Below are positions 1-9,116 of a DNA stretch of 32,000 nt, one piece after another. The DNA lies in the NCBI GenBank assembly GCA_021813405.1, contig JAKAKS010000039.1, forward strand, positions 11,451 through 43,450, in the 5' to 3' direction. The translations under genes were made by a program, and so were the position numbers. Within the stretch, counting starts at the first letter, position 1. Each line of letters starts with the position of its first letter. The notes below the pieces were generated by a model that was not told the origin of the DNA, ran no database searches, and was given only the letters and a program-made list of their open reading frames with translations. Source of the DNA: Nitrospirota bacterium. Its GTDB lineage: Bacteria > Nitrospirota > Thermodesulfovibrionia > Thermodesulfovibrionales > JdFR-88.

Positions 1-62
1 TATAGTACAGTTTTTTTTGAATGAGTTGAATTAATATAATGTAATAAGGAGTTTGAGGAAAA

Positions 63-629
63 TTGAAGAGATTTATCCCGGGCAGCAAAATAGCGCGCAG
101 TCTTTTAATGCTCATCATGGCGGCAGCCCTGCTTTCCGGCGGATATTACCTGGTTATCTTTGGTGATGGCAATTTCCATGCGGTAACGCCAGGCGAGGCT
201 TACAGGTGCGCGCAGCCTGATTACAGCCAGCTTGAATATTACGCAAAAACATACGGCATTAAAAGCATAATAAACCTGCGCGGCAGGAACGCATCGGATA
301 AATGGTACAAGGATGAAATCCGGTTCAGCGCGGCAAACGGGATAAACCATTACGATATCGCTTTGTCCGCTTCGCACGAGCCTACGCCGGAGCAGCTTAA
401 CCAAATCCTCCTGGTGTTCAGGACGGCCCCGCGCCCTGTGCTGATACACTGCAAGTCCGGCTCCGACAGGTCCGGGCTGGTTGCGGCGATGTGGAAAGTG
501 GCGGTGGACGGGGAACCTAAATACGAGGCGGATAACCAGCTTTCAATCCGGTACGGGCATATCCCGGTTGGAAGCACAACGGCGATGGACCGTTATTTCT
601 TCAACTGGCAGCCGGTAACAATACACTAG
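63..629 (+). CDS. Membrane-anchored/exported dual-specificity (tyrosine) phosphatase-like protein
   Basis: TTG start after GAGG; N-terminal hydrophobic segment SLLMLIMAAALLSGGYYLVIF; signature VLIHCKSGSDRSGLVAA fits HCX5R. Confidence 0.8.
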   Translation: MKRFIPGSKIARSLLMLIMAAALLSGGYYLVIFGDGNFHAVTPGEAYRCAQPDYSQLEYYAKTYGIKSIINLRGRNASDKWYKDEIRFSAANGINHYDIALSASHEPTPEQLNQILLVFRTAPRPVLIHCKSGSDRSGLVAAMWKVAVDGEPKYEADNQLSIRYGHIPVGSTTAMDRYFFNWQPVTIH

Positions 630-709
630 GCTATCTGAAAACAGGTCCTGATATCATGCCTTAAGGGCGCACTTCAGTATGTTTCAGCGCCCCCCGGGGG
701 GGTTCCCCA

Positions 710-2905
710 TTATTCCGCTTTGCGGCGGATCTTACCGAATGCCCTAGCCTGCCTGACCGCTATATCCAGGATGCTGGTTGTGGTTTGCAGGAAGGAAATA
801 TCTTCTTCCGTAGGCCGCCTGTACCCTGTAAAATAAAGCCCGATTACAGAGGTGGCTATGCCCTCTGAAAGCACCGGGACGGCGCAGGCCGCCTCGAACC
901 CGTATTTTTTCAGGCATTCCGGGAACTCGCCCCCCCCGTCCGCATCCAGATCCGGTATCAGCACAGGCTCCTTCAGGCTGAGGGCGCGGGACTCCAGGGA
1001 TCTCTCGTCTTTGCCATATATTCGCGCGCCCTCGGCAATGTCCGGGGACGACGCGGACTTTGCGTGAAGGTTGCCATCAGCGTCAAGTTCAAGCAGCCAG
1101 ATAAAATCCGCCATCACAGCGCCTTTCATGATATCAAGAGCGGTCTTCAGCATCTCCTTCAGGTCCACATGGGCCGACAGCGCGGACGCCATCCTGGCCA
1201 GCTCCCTGTGATCTTCCGCCTTGCGCCATTTCTGGTGCTGGTACATAAGCTTCATCCTCTCGTAAAGCCTCACGTTTTCAAAGGCCATGCCGGAGATCTC
1301 GCCTATGGAGCCAAGCACGTTTTCCTCCGAGGCGCTAAACGTATGGCTTTTAAGACCGAACACTATGAAAACGCCCAATGTCTTTTCCTTGCCTTTTATG
1401 GGGAATACGGCGCAAGCCTTTATGCCGGTATGCCGGAGCATGGATTTTTCCGCCCTCCTGTCGGCGGCCAGGTCCGAGGTGGTAAACGCCTGCCCGGTGG
1501 CGGCCACCCTGCCAGGGATGTCCTCCCCTATCCTGATGGCGCTGACAGCAGAACCGAAGCTATCGGACAGGCCCTTGTACTTCCTGCACGAAAGCTCCTT
1601 GCCGGCGTCGTCCAGCGTGAATACGCATCCGCCGTCCATGCCGGAAAAGTCTACTGTATTATCGAGCACGATGCTGAATATCTCGTCCCACACCAGCGTT
1701 TTGTTAAGCAGCCTGGAAACGCCAAGCAGGGCCGTAAGCTCCCTGGTCTTCACGGCTATCTCATTTTCGAATTTCTTCCTGCCGGAGATGTCCTGGACCA
1801 GCATAAGCACGTTTTTAACCTGGCCGGACGGGTCCTTTACGGGATAGGCCGCCATCTCGTAATAAGCGGTGTTCCGGCCGTCGTTTATCTCATGCATCTG
1901 CCGCGTGGCCGCGCCTGTACTGAACACGGAGGAGACCGGGCAGTCCTCAGGCATGTGATAGCTGCAGGAAGCAGGAGGCACCCGGAAAAGGCTGGAGCAG
2001 TTCTTGCCGGAAAGCTCATATCCCGAACTCTCCCTGGCCGCCTTGTTGGCCGATACAATATTGAGGTGCCGGTCAAGCACCACGGCGGGCTCCGGCATTG
2101 CGTCCATTAGAGTGCGGCTGAACTCGCCAGCTTCTGCCAGGGAATTTTTAAGGGAATGCTCCCTGCTGTTGTCCCTGATAACGCCTATCGCACCCGGCGT
2201 GATGGTCATTTCTTCCCCCACTGGAAACCAGGTGATCTGCACCGGCAACAGGTCCCCCGATTTCGTGATCATTGAAATCTCATTTGAGCGGCCTGCCACG
2301 GCGAATGGTTTTTTTCTGAGGGCCCTTTCGTCATCCTCGTCCATTAACTCAAATACGGAACTGCCGATTACGTCCTGGCGGCTGTAGCCAAACAGGTTCT
2401 CGAATGCGGGGTTTATGTCCGTTATGGCAAAGTCCGGGTCTATTATCCAGAAAGGGTCCATTACCTTGTTTATGAAAAGCTCTTTCAAGGCAAGCACCCT
2501 TGCCTGCCGCTTGAATGTCTTTGCAAGGTCGCTGAAAGCCGCGCAGATGTCCCACAATTCCTTATCGGCATACGAAGGAAACTCGTAATCCAGGTCTCCC
2601 CCGCTGATGGCCCGCGCCCCCTTCCTGACCTCCCCCAGCGGTTTAGTAAGTTTAATACCCAGAAGGAAAGCAAGGGCGCAGACCGCCGCAACTATGTAAA
2701 GGCCGGTTTGCAGAAGGCTGTCCTTTGAGGCGTTTACGGAGGTCTGGATGGCGAACATCTGGTCTGCCGTGAGCGGAGAGGCGTCTTCCATTGCAGCCTG
2801 CATCTTTTTTGAATTACGGTCGAAAACAGAGTAAGAGGTGATTACTACCGCGGCAGCCGAAATGGCAAGCAGCACAATAAAGCCTAAAACGAGGGTCTTT
2901 CTCAT
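710..2905 (-). CDS. Membrane sensor protein with two N-terminal TM segments, HAMP-like linker, PAS domains and GAF domains; no kinase, GGDEF or other output domain recognised
   Basis: TM near residues 5-25 and 65-85; PAS-like IIDPDFAITDINPAFENLFGYSRQDVIG and VVLDRHLNIVSANKAARESSGYE; GAF-like regions with ...LGVFIVFGLKS... and ...ACAVPVLSEGIATSVIGLYF; ends after the last GAF-like region. Confidence 0.8.
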   Translation of the reverse strand: MRKTLVLGFIVLLAISAAAVVITSYSVFDRNSKKMQAAMEDASPLTADQMFAIQTSVNASKDSLLQTGLYIVAAVCALAFLLGIKLTKPLGEVRKGARAISGGDLDYEFPSYADKELWDICAAFSDLAKTFKRQARVLALKELFINKVMDPFWIIDPDFAITDINPAFENLFGYSRQDVIGSSVFELMDEDDERALRKKPFAVAGRSNEISMITKSGDLLPVQITWFPVGEEMTITPGAIGVIRDNSREHSLKNSLAEAGEFSRTLMDAMPEPAVVLDRHLNIVSANKAARESSGYELSGKNCSSLFRVPPASCSYHMPEDCPVSSVFSTGAATRQMHEINDGRNTAYYEMAAYPVKDPSGQVKNVLMLVQDISGRKKFENEIAVKTRELTALLGVSRLLNKTLVWDEIFSIVLDNTVDFSGMDGGCVFTLDDAGKELSCRKYKGLSDSFGSAVSAIRIGEDIPGRVAATGQAFTTSDLAADRRAEKSMLRHTGIKACAVFPIKGKEKTLGVFIVFGLKSHTFSASEENVLGSIGEISGMAFENVRLYERMKLMYQHQKWRKAEDHRELARMASALSAHVDLKEMLKTALDIMKGAVMADFIWLLELDADGNLHAKSASSPDIAEGARIYGKDERSLESRALSLKEPVLIPDLDADGGGEFPECLKKYGFEAACAVPVLSEGIATSVIGLYFTGYRRPTEEDISFLQTTTSILDIAVRQARAFGKIRRKAE

Positions 2906-2910
2906 GCCCT

Positions 2911-4155
2911 TCAGGTTTTCAGCAGCAGACCCGCGTCTCTTTCCGGCGTTTCGCCGGACGTGTGCTGCCTAAGGTCTTTCCACTTTACCATGCCGGATGC
3001 CATTTCCTCTTCGCCTATGATGAACGCAAACCTGGCCCCATGCTTGTCCGCCTTCCTTAGCTGGCTTTTAAGCGATCCGCCAAAACCAAGCTCCACGCGG
3101 CAGCCATTTTCCCTGAGACCGGCGGCCAGCTTCAAAGCCCGCTGCGGCGTGCCATTGCCGATATAAGCTATAAAGGCATCCATAACCGGAAGCACGGCAT
3201 TTCCTTCAAGCATGCCGGCCAGCCTCTCCATCCCAACTGCAAATCCAACGGCCGGGGTGGAAGGGCCGCCAAACTCCTCCACAAGCCCGTCATATCTGCC
3301 GCCCGCGGCAAAGGCGTCCTGCGCCCCAAGCAGGCTGCTTCTGGCCTCGAACGTGGTGCGGGTATAATAGTCCAGCCCGCGGACGAGCAGGGGGTTTTTA
3401 TTATATTTAATGCCAAGCGTGTCCAGAAAGCCAAGCACGCTATCATAATGGGCGCGGCATTCATCACAAAGCGAATCAGTAATCGCGGGCGCATTCGCCC
3501 TCAGCTCCACACAGCGCGGCACCTTGCAGTCCAGTATCCTCAGCGGGTTCTGCTCATACCGCCTCTGGCAGTCCGGGCAGAGCTCGTTTTTAACGGGAGC
3601 AAAAAAATCCACAAGCCTCTGGCGGAACGCCGGGCGGCATTTATCGTCCCCGATGGAGTTGACATCAAGCCTGAAGTCCCGGACGCCGGCGGCCTCCAGG
3701 AATCTGCACAACATATAGATGACTTCCGCATCGGCCTCCGGCGCGCCCGCGCCAAAACATTCAACCCCGATCTGATGGAACTGCCGCTGCCTGCCCTTCT
3801 GGGGCCTTTCGTACCTGAACATCGGGCCGGAGTAATAGAATTTCTGGGGGGGCGGCAGAATGGAAAGGTTATGCTCCACATAGGCGCGCACCACGGGCGC
3901 GGTGCCTTCCGGGCGCAGGGTCATGCTCCGGCTGCCCTTGTCCGTAAACGTATACATCTCCTTGGACACAATGTCCGATGTCTCGCCGATGCTCCTTGCA
4001 AAGAGGTCCGTGCTCTCGGCTATGGGTACTCTTATTTCGTTATATCCGCAGGAAAGGAAAACGCGGCCGGCCTTGTCTTCCAGTTCTTTCCATAAGCCGG
4101 AAGACGGCGGCAGGATATCTTCAAAGCCCTTCAGGGCGTTATAACGCGCCCTCAC
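2911..4155 (-). CDS. hisS: Histidyl-tRNA synthetase
   Basis: Class II motifs: GFEDILPP, TLRPEGTAPVVRAY, YYSGPMFRYERPQKGRQRQFHQIGVE, LVRGLDYYTRTTFE, GGRYDGL. Confidence 0.97.
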   Translation of the reverse strand: MRARYNALKGFEDILPPSSGLWKELEDKAGRVFLSCGYNEIRVPIAESTDLFARSIGETSDIVSKEMYTFTDKGSRSMTLRPEGTAPVVRAYVEHNLSILPPPQKFYYSGPMFRYERPQKGRQRQFHQIGVECFGAGAPEADAEVIYMLCRFLEAAGVRDFRLDVNSIGDDKCRPAFRQRLVDFFAPVKNELCPDCQRRYEQNPLRILDCKVPRCVELRANAPAITDSLCDECRAHYDSVLGFLDTLGIKYNKNPLLVRGLDYYTRTTFEARSSLLGAQDAFAAGGRYDGLVEEFGGPSTPAVGFAVGMERLAGMLEGNAVLPVMDAFIAYIGNGTPQRALKLAAGLRENGCRVELGFGGSLKSQLRKADKHGARFAFIIGEEEMASGMVKWKDLRQHTSGETPERDAGLLLKT

Positions 4156-4679
4156 TGCTCATCCATTTGCCGGCCCGGTTTCTCGTCCAGGAAATCGGAG
4201 CTCTCCACCGCGGCCTCTTCACCCTCGCCCTCGCGCTCCTTGTCAAACTCAATGAGCCGCAAGTGGTTTTCAATGAGCCTCTTCATCTCTTCCTTGAAGT
4301 GCCTGCGTATGCCTTTCAGGTCCACAATGTCCTCGTGTATCTTCACCACGCGCTCCTGGGCGTCCCTCAGCATCTCCTCGGCCTTTATCTCCGCCTCGCG
4401 CAATATCAGCTCCGCTTCCTTGCGGGCATTGTTGCGGTGGTCGTCGGCCATCTGCCGTGCCGTCATCAGGGTTTCGGTGAGCGCCGCCTCCATGCCCTTG
4501 TATTCCTTCATCTGCGCTTCCAGCCTGGAGATTGTCTCCTTGCCGTGGCTGTTTTCACGCATCAATTCTTCCATCTGCTCGCGCACAAGCTCCATGAAGG
4601 CGAACACCTCGTCGGCGTCGAACCCCCTGAATTTCACCGGAAACTGTTTCTGCTGAATGTCCAGAGGCGTTATCTTCAT
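4152..4679 (-). CDS. divIVA: DivIVA-domain protein
   Basis: ITPLDIQQKQFPVKFRGFDADEVFAFMELV followed by coiled coil; overlaps the hisS start by 4 nt; near yggT/proC/yggS. Confidence 0.9.
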   Translation of the reverse strand: MKITPLDIQQKQFPVKFRGFDADEVFAFMELVREQMEELMRENSHGKETISRLEAQMKEYKGMEAALTETLMTARQMADDHRNNARKEAELILREAEIKAEEMLRDAQERVVKIHEDIVDLKGIRRHFKEEMKRLIENHLRLIEFDKEREGEGEEAAVESSDFLDEKPGRQMDEQ

Positions 4680-4698
4680 CTTTTCTGTCCTCCCCGCT

Positions 4699-4995
4699 TT
4701 ATCTTATTCTCACGGCTATATCCAGGAGCGTAACTATCAGGAACCTCCGGATAAACCAGATTATCAAAATGACGATCAGCGGCGATATGTCTATTCCGCC
4801 TATCACCCCGGTCAGCCGCCGTATGGGGCGAAGCACCGGGTCCGTTACCCGGTAAAGGAAACGCACTATCGGGTTATAAGGATCAGGGCTGACCCAGCTT
4901 ACCAGTGCCGCTACAATTATGATCCAGGTGTAAACGTTCAGAACCCAGTCCAGGATCGAAGCCACTGCGGACAAAAAATTAGAGGCTATAAACAC
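4699..4995 (-). CDS. yggT: YggT-family membrane protein (start revised downstream from the ORF track)
   Basis: SWVSPDPYNPIVRFLYRVTDPVLRPIRR motif. Minus strand reads AAAGGAG-CCGGG-GTG with GTG at 4995-4993, a better start than the track start at 5055 inside proC. Confidence 0.85.
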   Translation of the reverse strand: MFIASNFLSAVASILDWVLNVYTWIIIVAALVSWVSPDPYNPIVRFLYRVTDPVLRPIRRLTGVIGGIDISPLIVILIIWFIRRFLIVTLLDIAVRIR

Positions 4996-5014
4996 CCCGG
5001 CTCCTTTAAGTACA

Positions 5015-5812
5015 TTACCCCTTCCCCAGTTCCGCGGCCCTTCTGGCCGCGGCATCTATTGTATCATACAGGGCCTGCTTGAATCCCTTGCCTTCAAGCA
5101 CCTTCAGCCCGGCCTCGGTAGTGCCGCCCGGCGATGTAACCATGCGCCTGAGGTTTTGCGTGTCCATGCCATTTTCAAGCATTTTGAGCGTGCCGGCCGC
5201 CGTCTGAAGTGCCAGCAGCCTTGCGTCTTGCTCCGCAAGCCCGGCCCTCACCGCGCCTTCCACCAGCCCCTCTATAAAAAGGGCAAAAAAGGCAGGGCCG
5301 CTGCCGGAGAGCGCCGTTACGGCGTCCATGTATTTTTCGGGCATCACGCTTACCTTGCCCACGGACATGAATATGTCCTTCACCACGGTTATAACGGCAT
5401 CCTCCAGGCACTCGCAAAGGGATATCACCGTCATGCCCTCGCCAGCAAGGGCAGGCGTGTTGGGCATTACCCTTATGAGCTTTTTAGTGCCAAGCCTTGC
5501 CCCCAGAAATGAAAGCCTTACCCCGGCGGCAATGGATATTACAGTGTGGTCCGCGGTTATGCCGTCTTTTATCTCGCCAAGCACGCCCTCCATTATCTGG
5601 GGTTTTACCGCCAGCAGAACGGTCCTGGCCGCCCGTACCGCTTCCATATTGGATGAAGTTGCCTTCACGCCGTATTTCTTTTCAAGGTGAAGCCTTTTTT
5701 CCTCACCAGGTTCCGCCACGGTTATCCGGTAGGCGCCTGCCCTGCCGGAAGTAATTCCTTTTATCAGGGCCTCGGCCATATTGCCGCCGCCTATGAACGC
5801 CAGATCAACCAT
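5015..5812 (-). CDS. proC: Pyrroline-5-carboxylate reductase
   Basis: N-terminal AFIGGGNMAEALIKG Rossmann motif; C-terminal ALSGSGPAFFALFIEGLVEGAVRAGL and TSPGGTTEAGLKVLE. Confidence 0.95.
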   Translation of the reverse strand: MVDLAFIGGGNMAEALIKGITSGRAGAYRITVAEPGEEKRLHLEKKYGVKATSSNMEAVRAARTVLLAVKPQIMEGVLGEIKDGITADHTVISIAAGVRLSFLGARLGTKKLIRVMPNTPALAGEGMTVISLCECLEDAVITVVKDIFMSVGKVSVMPEKYMDAVTALSGSGPAFFALFIEGLVEGAVRAGLAEQDARLLALQTAAGTLKMLENGMDTQNLRRMVTSPGGTTEAGLKVLEGKGFKQALYDTIDAAARRAAELGKG

Positions 5813-6539
5813 TTCCTTTCAACGCCTCCGGTTCTTTCTCGTTTTTCCGCGCCCCAAAAATCGCCTCTCCCACCCGCACCAGCGTGGCGCCCTCGGCTAT
5901 CGCAACCTCGAAGTCTCCGGACATCCCCATCGAAAGCGCGCCAATACCGCTGAAACCGCGCCGCCTGGCCTCATCCCGAAGCTCCCTTAATTTTCTGAAG
6001 TACGGCCTTGCCGCCCCGCTGTCTTCAGACCACGGGGGCATTGTCATGAGCCCAACTATATTAATATGTTTTGCGCCCCTGGATTTCTCCAGAAGTCCAA
6101 ACAGCTCTTCCGGCATCAACCCGTGCTTGGAAGGCTCATGGGATAGCTTTATCTCCACAAGCACGTCCTGCGCTTCAATATTTAAAAGCGCGGCCTGTTT
6201 TTCAAGCTCAAAAAAGAGGCGCTCGGAGTCCACTGAATGAATAAGCTCAAACCCCAGTTTAAGGGCCGCCCTGGCCTTGTTGGTCTGCAAGTGGCCTATA
6301 AAATGCCACCTGGCAGGCCCTGCCTTAAGGGCCTGCATCTTTTCCCCGGCCTCCTGTATGCGGTTTTCCCCGAATACGGCAAGCCCCGCGCAAAACGCGC
6401 GCTCCACGGACTGGACGGGGGCCGTTTTGCTTACGGCCACAAGTGTGATCTCTTCAGGATTTCTCCCTGCGGCCAGGGCAGCGGATTTAATCCTGCCAAG
6501 TACCAAGGCTATGCTTTCTTCCATTGCCATTACACGCAC
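5805..6539 (-). CDS. yggS: YggS/PLPBP-family PLP homeostasis protein
   Basis: EITLVAVSKTAPVQSV, FGENRIQEAGEK, WHFIGHLQTNKAR, GLMTMPP, LSMGMSGDFEVAIAEGATLVRVG. Confidence 0.95.
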   Translation of the reverse strand: MRVMAMEESIALVLGRIKSAALAAGRNPEEITLVAVSKTAPVQSVERAFCAGLAVFGENRIQEAGEKMQALKAGPARWHFIGHLQTNKARAALKLGFELIHSVDSERLFFELEKQAALLNIEAQDVLVEIKLSHEPSKHGLMPEELFGLLEKSRGAKHINIVGLMTMPPWSEDSGAARPYFRKLRELRDEARRRGFSGIGALSMGMSGDFEVAIAEGATLVRVGEAIFGARKNEKEPEALKGNG

Positions 6540-6716
6540 TAATATACTAACTCAACAAGGCAGAAATAGGCAGTCAATGATATTGACGATCAGGGCATTT
6601 AAAAGTAGAATTTGAGAGTTCCCGCAGCCGGCAGCCGCATTGCCGCGGTGACAGCAATCACGGAAGCCACTTTTTTTAAAGGTGTACAATCCCCGGAAAC
6701 AAATTCAGGAGGAATC

Positions 6717-7844
6717 GTGAAACCAACCCCATTGAAACTTATTGCGCTTTTCTTTATGTTCGTTGGCGGCGCTTTCTGGCTGGCCAGTTGCGGCAGCGGG
6801 GGAGGCGGCACCGCTTCCACGCCGCAAAGCGGCACCGTTGGGCTGTTCATGACGGATGATGCATCAACTTTCCAGCAGGTGGCAGCAGTCATCAATTCGG
6901 TGGCGCTGGTAAACTCCAGCGACGGCAGTTCGTGCTCCGTCCTTAGCACCCCTGTAAGCATGAACCTTTCAGATCTCTCAAACGTGGTGCAGCTTATAAA
7001 CACAACCACCTGCCCGGCCGCAAATTATAACCGGCTGCAACTGGTGTTCAGCAACGCAGTGGGCGTTACGAACTCTGGCGGGATAAGCAACGCCTGCGCC
7101 TTTACGTCCTACAGGACGGCCCACAACGGCACGCCAAACGCCCTGTCCTGCTCCGGAAACAATTGCACGCTGGACATCACCGGCGCCGTTAACGTACTTG
7201 CCAGCCAGGACAATCAGGTGGGGCTCGATTTCGTGCTGAAGGATTTCGACGTTAACGGGTTTGGCACCTCCGCCTGCACCGTTACCATGAGGGTAAGCCC
7301 CCTGGACGCGGCAGGCATGAACTCGCTTGGTTACACAAGCGGCATAGCGGGGCCTGTAACCGCCTTCAACGCAAATTCTGTCACAATGGCTGCAGGCGGC
7401 AAGAACTTCATTGTAAACACTTCCGCACAGGGCCAGTCCAATTTCCAGAACCTGATGTCCTTTGCCAGGCAAAACGGGTTTTCAGCAATGGCAAACTGCA
7501 CCAGTTTCAATTTTAACGCCGGCACCTGCACTGCCAGCCAGGTGCAGACCATCGTTGCGGGCACAGTGTCCAGCCTGGACAATGCGGCTTCCACTTTCGC
7601 GCTCGGACTGTCAAACGGTTCTTCAATAAACGTGGACTTCAGCCAGGCCGCGGCTTCCGGCCAGATGAAAGGCCAGCTGCAAAATAACCAGACTGCCGTT
7701 TTGAAGCTTTCAGGTGTGGGCGGCAACGGCATATATAATGCAACAGAAGTACAAAGCAGGGCCGGAATGGGGGCCATGGGCAATATGCCTTCCGGCGGCG
7801 GAATGACAGGCGGAATGCCCGGCGGCGGCACCCCCATGATGTGA
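6717..7844 (+). CDS. DUF4382-type lipoprotein with Gly/Met-rich C-terminus (start revised to GTG at 6717)
   Basis: GGAGG-AATC-GTG start; lipobox-like FWLASC-GSGGG; GTVGLFMTDDA...; C-terminal MGAMGNMPSGGGMTGGMPGGGTPMM. Confidence 0.8.
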   Translation: MKPTPLKLIALFFMFVGGAFWLASCGSGGGGTASTPQSGTVGLFMTDDASTFQQVAAVINSVALVNSSDGSSCSVLSTPVSMNLSDLSNVVQLINTTTCPAANYNRLQLVFSNAVGVTNSGGISNACAFTSYRTAHNGTPNALSCSGNNCTLDITGAVNVLASQDNQVGLDFVLKDFDVNGFGTSACTVTMRVSPLDAAGMNSLGYTSGIAGPVTAFNANSVTMAAGGKNFIVNTSAQGQSNFQNLMSFARQNGFSAMANCTSFNFNAGTCTASQVQTIVAGTVSSLDNAASTFALGLSNGSSINVDFSQAAASGQMKGQLQNNQTAVLKLSGVGGNGIYNATEVQSRAGMGAMGNMPSGGGMTGGMPGGGTPMM

Positions 7845-7881
7845 AGATCGTAACATAGTGAAATCAAAGTAAAAACATGAT

Positions 7882-7917
7882 GCGCCAGCCCCGGTTAGGC
7901 CTGGGGCTGGCGCTTTT
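7882..7917 (+). terminator. Rho-independent terminator after the DUF4382 gene
   Basis: GCGCCAGCCCC / GGGGCTGGCGC perfect 11-bp arms, then TTTT. Confidence 0.9.
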
Positions 7918-8061
7918 ATTCATAACTTGTATTTATGTATGGATTTCCTTATCTTTTCGAGCTATATTAACACTTAAGGGTTTTAGCCGGGTTTTAAAAG
8001 TCACGGAATAAACAAATGTGGGTTTGCCGCAAAAATAAATAAAAGAAGAAGGGGGAGATCG

Positions 8062-8970
8062 ATGAGAAGCGCGTTCCGTAGATTTCTGGCAGTTGCAGGC
8101 GTAACCTTTGCAGCGGTTTTGTTTTCAGCAGGATTTGCCGTGGCCTCCGGCAGGCCTCTGGTAGATGCACAGTGGCTTTCCGCCAACGCCAAAAAGGTTG
8201 TTGTAGTTGACGTCCGTGGAAGCGGCGCTTACACGGCAGGGCACATCCCTGGCGCCATAAGCATCCCGCTTGGCACCCTTCAGGGCCCGCCGGATGCGGT
8301 GCCCTACCCCATCAAACAGGAAGAAAAAACCCTTGGCGCGGACGGCCTCACCATCGGCAAGGATGTGGTGCTGTACGGCGCCGGACGGGAGATGGCGTTC
8401 CGTGAATACTGGATTTTCGACTACCTCGGCATGCGCAACATACACGTGCTGGACGGCGGCATAGAGGGCTGGAAGGGGCAGACTTCAACTGAACAGTCCA
8501 AGCTTCCGGCGGCAAAATTTGCAGCAAAGCCGGACCTCTCCAAATATGCAACAACCGCTTATGTGCGCGCCCATCTGAAGAACAAGGGAGTTGTACTCCT
8601 GGATGTCCGCACCCCTGGCGAATACCATGGCACGGACGTAAGGGCGCTCCGCGGCGGGCATATCCCCGGCGCAATAAATATGAACTATGCAAATAATTTC
8701 CAGAAAGGCACCACCTTCCTTAAGCCGGCAGCCGATCTGAAGAAGATTTACGCAAAGCTGAACAGGCGCAAGGAGATCATCACGTACTGCCAGACCGGCA
8801 CAAGGGCGGCCAACGCGTACTTCGTTTTAAAGATGCTCGGCTTCAGGCGGGTGCGCGATTACGTCCCCTCCTGGATAGAATGGGGCAGCAATGAGAACCT
8901 GCCCGCCCAGGACGTAACGTATTTCAACTTCGTTCCGGTGATACAGGCCATCAAGAAGATGCAGAAATAG
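8062..8970 (+). CDS. Exported tandem-rhodanese (thiosulfate/mercaptopyruvate sulfurtransferase-like) protein, copy 1
   Basis: Signal peptide; AGHIPGAISIP and GGHIPGAINM; second domain active loop TYCQTGTRAA; first domain has VVLYGAG with no Cys. Confidence 0.9.
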   Translation: MRSAFRRFLAVAGVTFAAVLFSAGFAVASGRPLVDAQWLSANAKKVVVVDVRGSGAYTAGHIPGAISIPLGTLQGPPDAVPYPIKQEEKTLGADGLTIGKDVVLYGAGREMAFREYWIFDYLGMRNIHVLDGGIEGWKGQTSTEQSKLPAAKFAAKPDLSKYATTAYVRAHLKNKGVVLLDVRTPGEYHGTDVRALRGGHIPGAINMNYANNFQKGTTFLKPAADLKKIYAKLNRRKEIITYCQTGTRAANAYFVLKMLGFRRVRDYVPSWIEWGSNENLPAQDVTYFNFVPVIQAIKKMQK

Positions 8971-8993
8971 GCCAACGGCCCGGGCTTTCAACC

Positions 8994-9035
8994 AAAAAGG
9001 GGTTCTGTGACATTGTCACAGAACCCCTTTTTTTT
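8994..9035 (+). terminator. Strong Rho-independent terminator between the rhodanese paralogs
   Basis: AAAAAGGGGTTCTGTGAC-ATT-GTCACAGAACCCCTTTTT: 18-bp stem, 3-nt loop, T tract. Confidence 0.97.
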
Positions 9036-9116
9036 AAATAGCTATAATATCCGCTGGCAAGACTGGCAGACGTGCATAAATAAATGTGCATTAAATAAAT
9101 AGGAAACGGAGAAGAA

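Noticed and set aside
689-702. CCCCCCGGGGGGG palindrome between convergent genes as a terminator
   Set aside because: No loop or T tract; likely simple low-complexity sequence.
1064-2110. 348-aa plus-strand ORF and many other long ORFs opposite hisS, proC, queA, phoH, ybeY, fdhA and mutL
   Set aside because: Shadow ORFs of GC-rich coding genes on the other strand or frame; no recognisable motif, while the opposite strand encodes clear protein families.
5015-5055. yggT/proC 41-nt overlap suggested by the ORF track
   Set aside because: AAAGGAG followed by GTG at 4995-4993 gives a better YggT start and removes the overlap.
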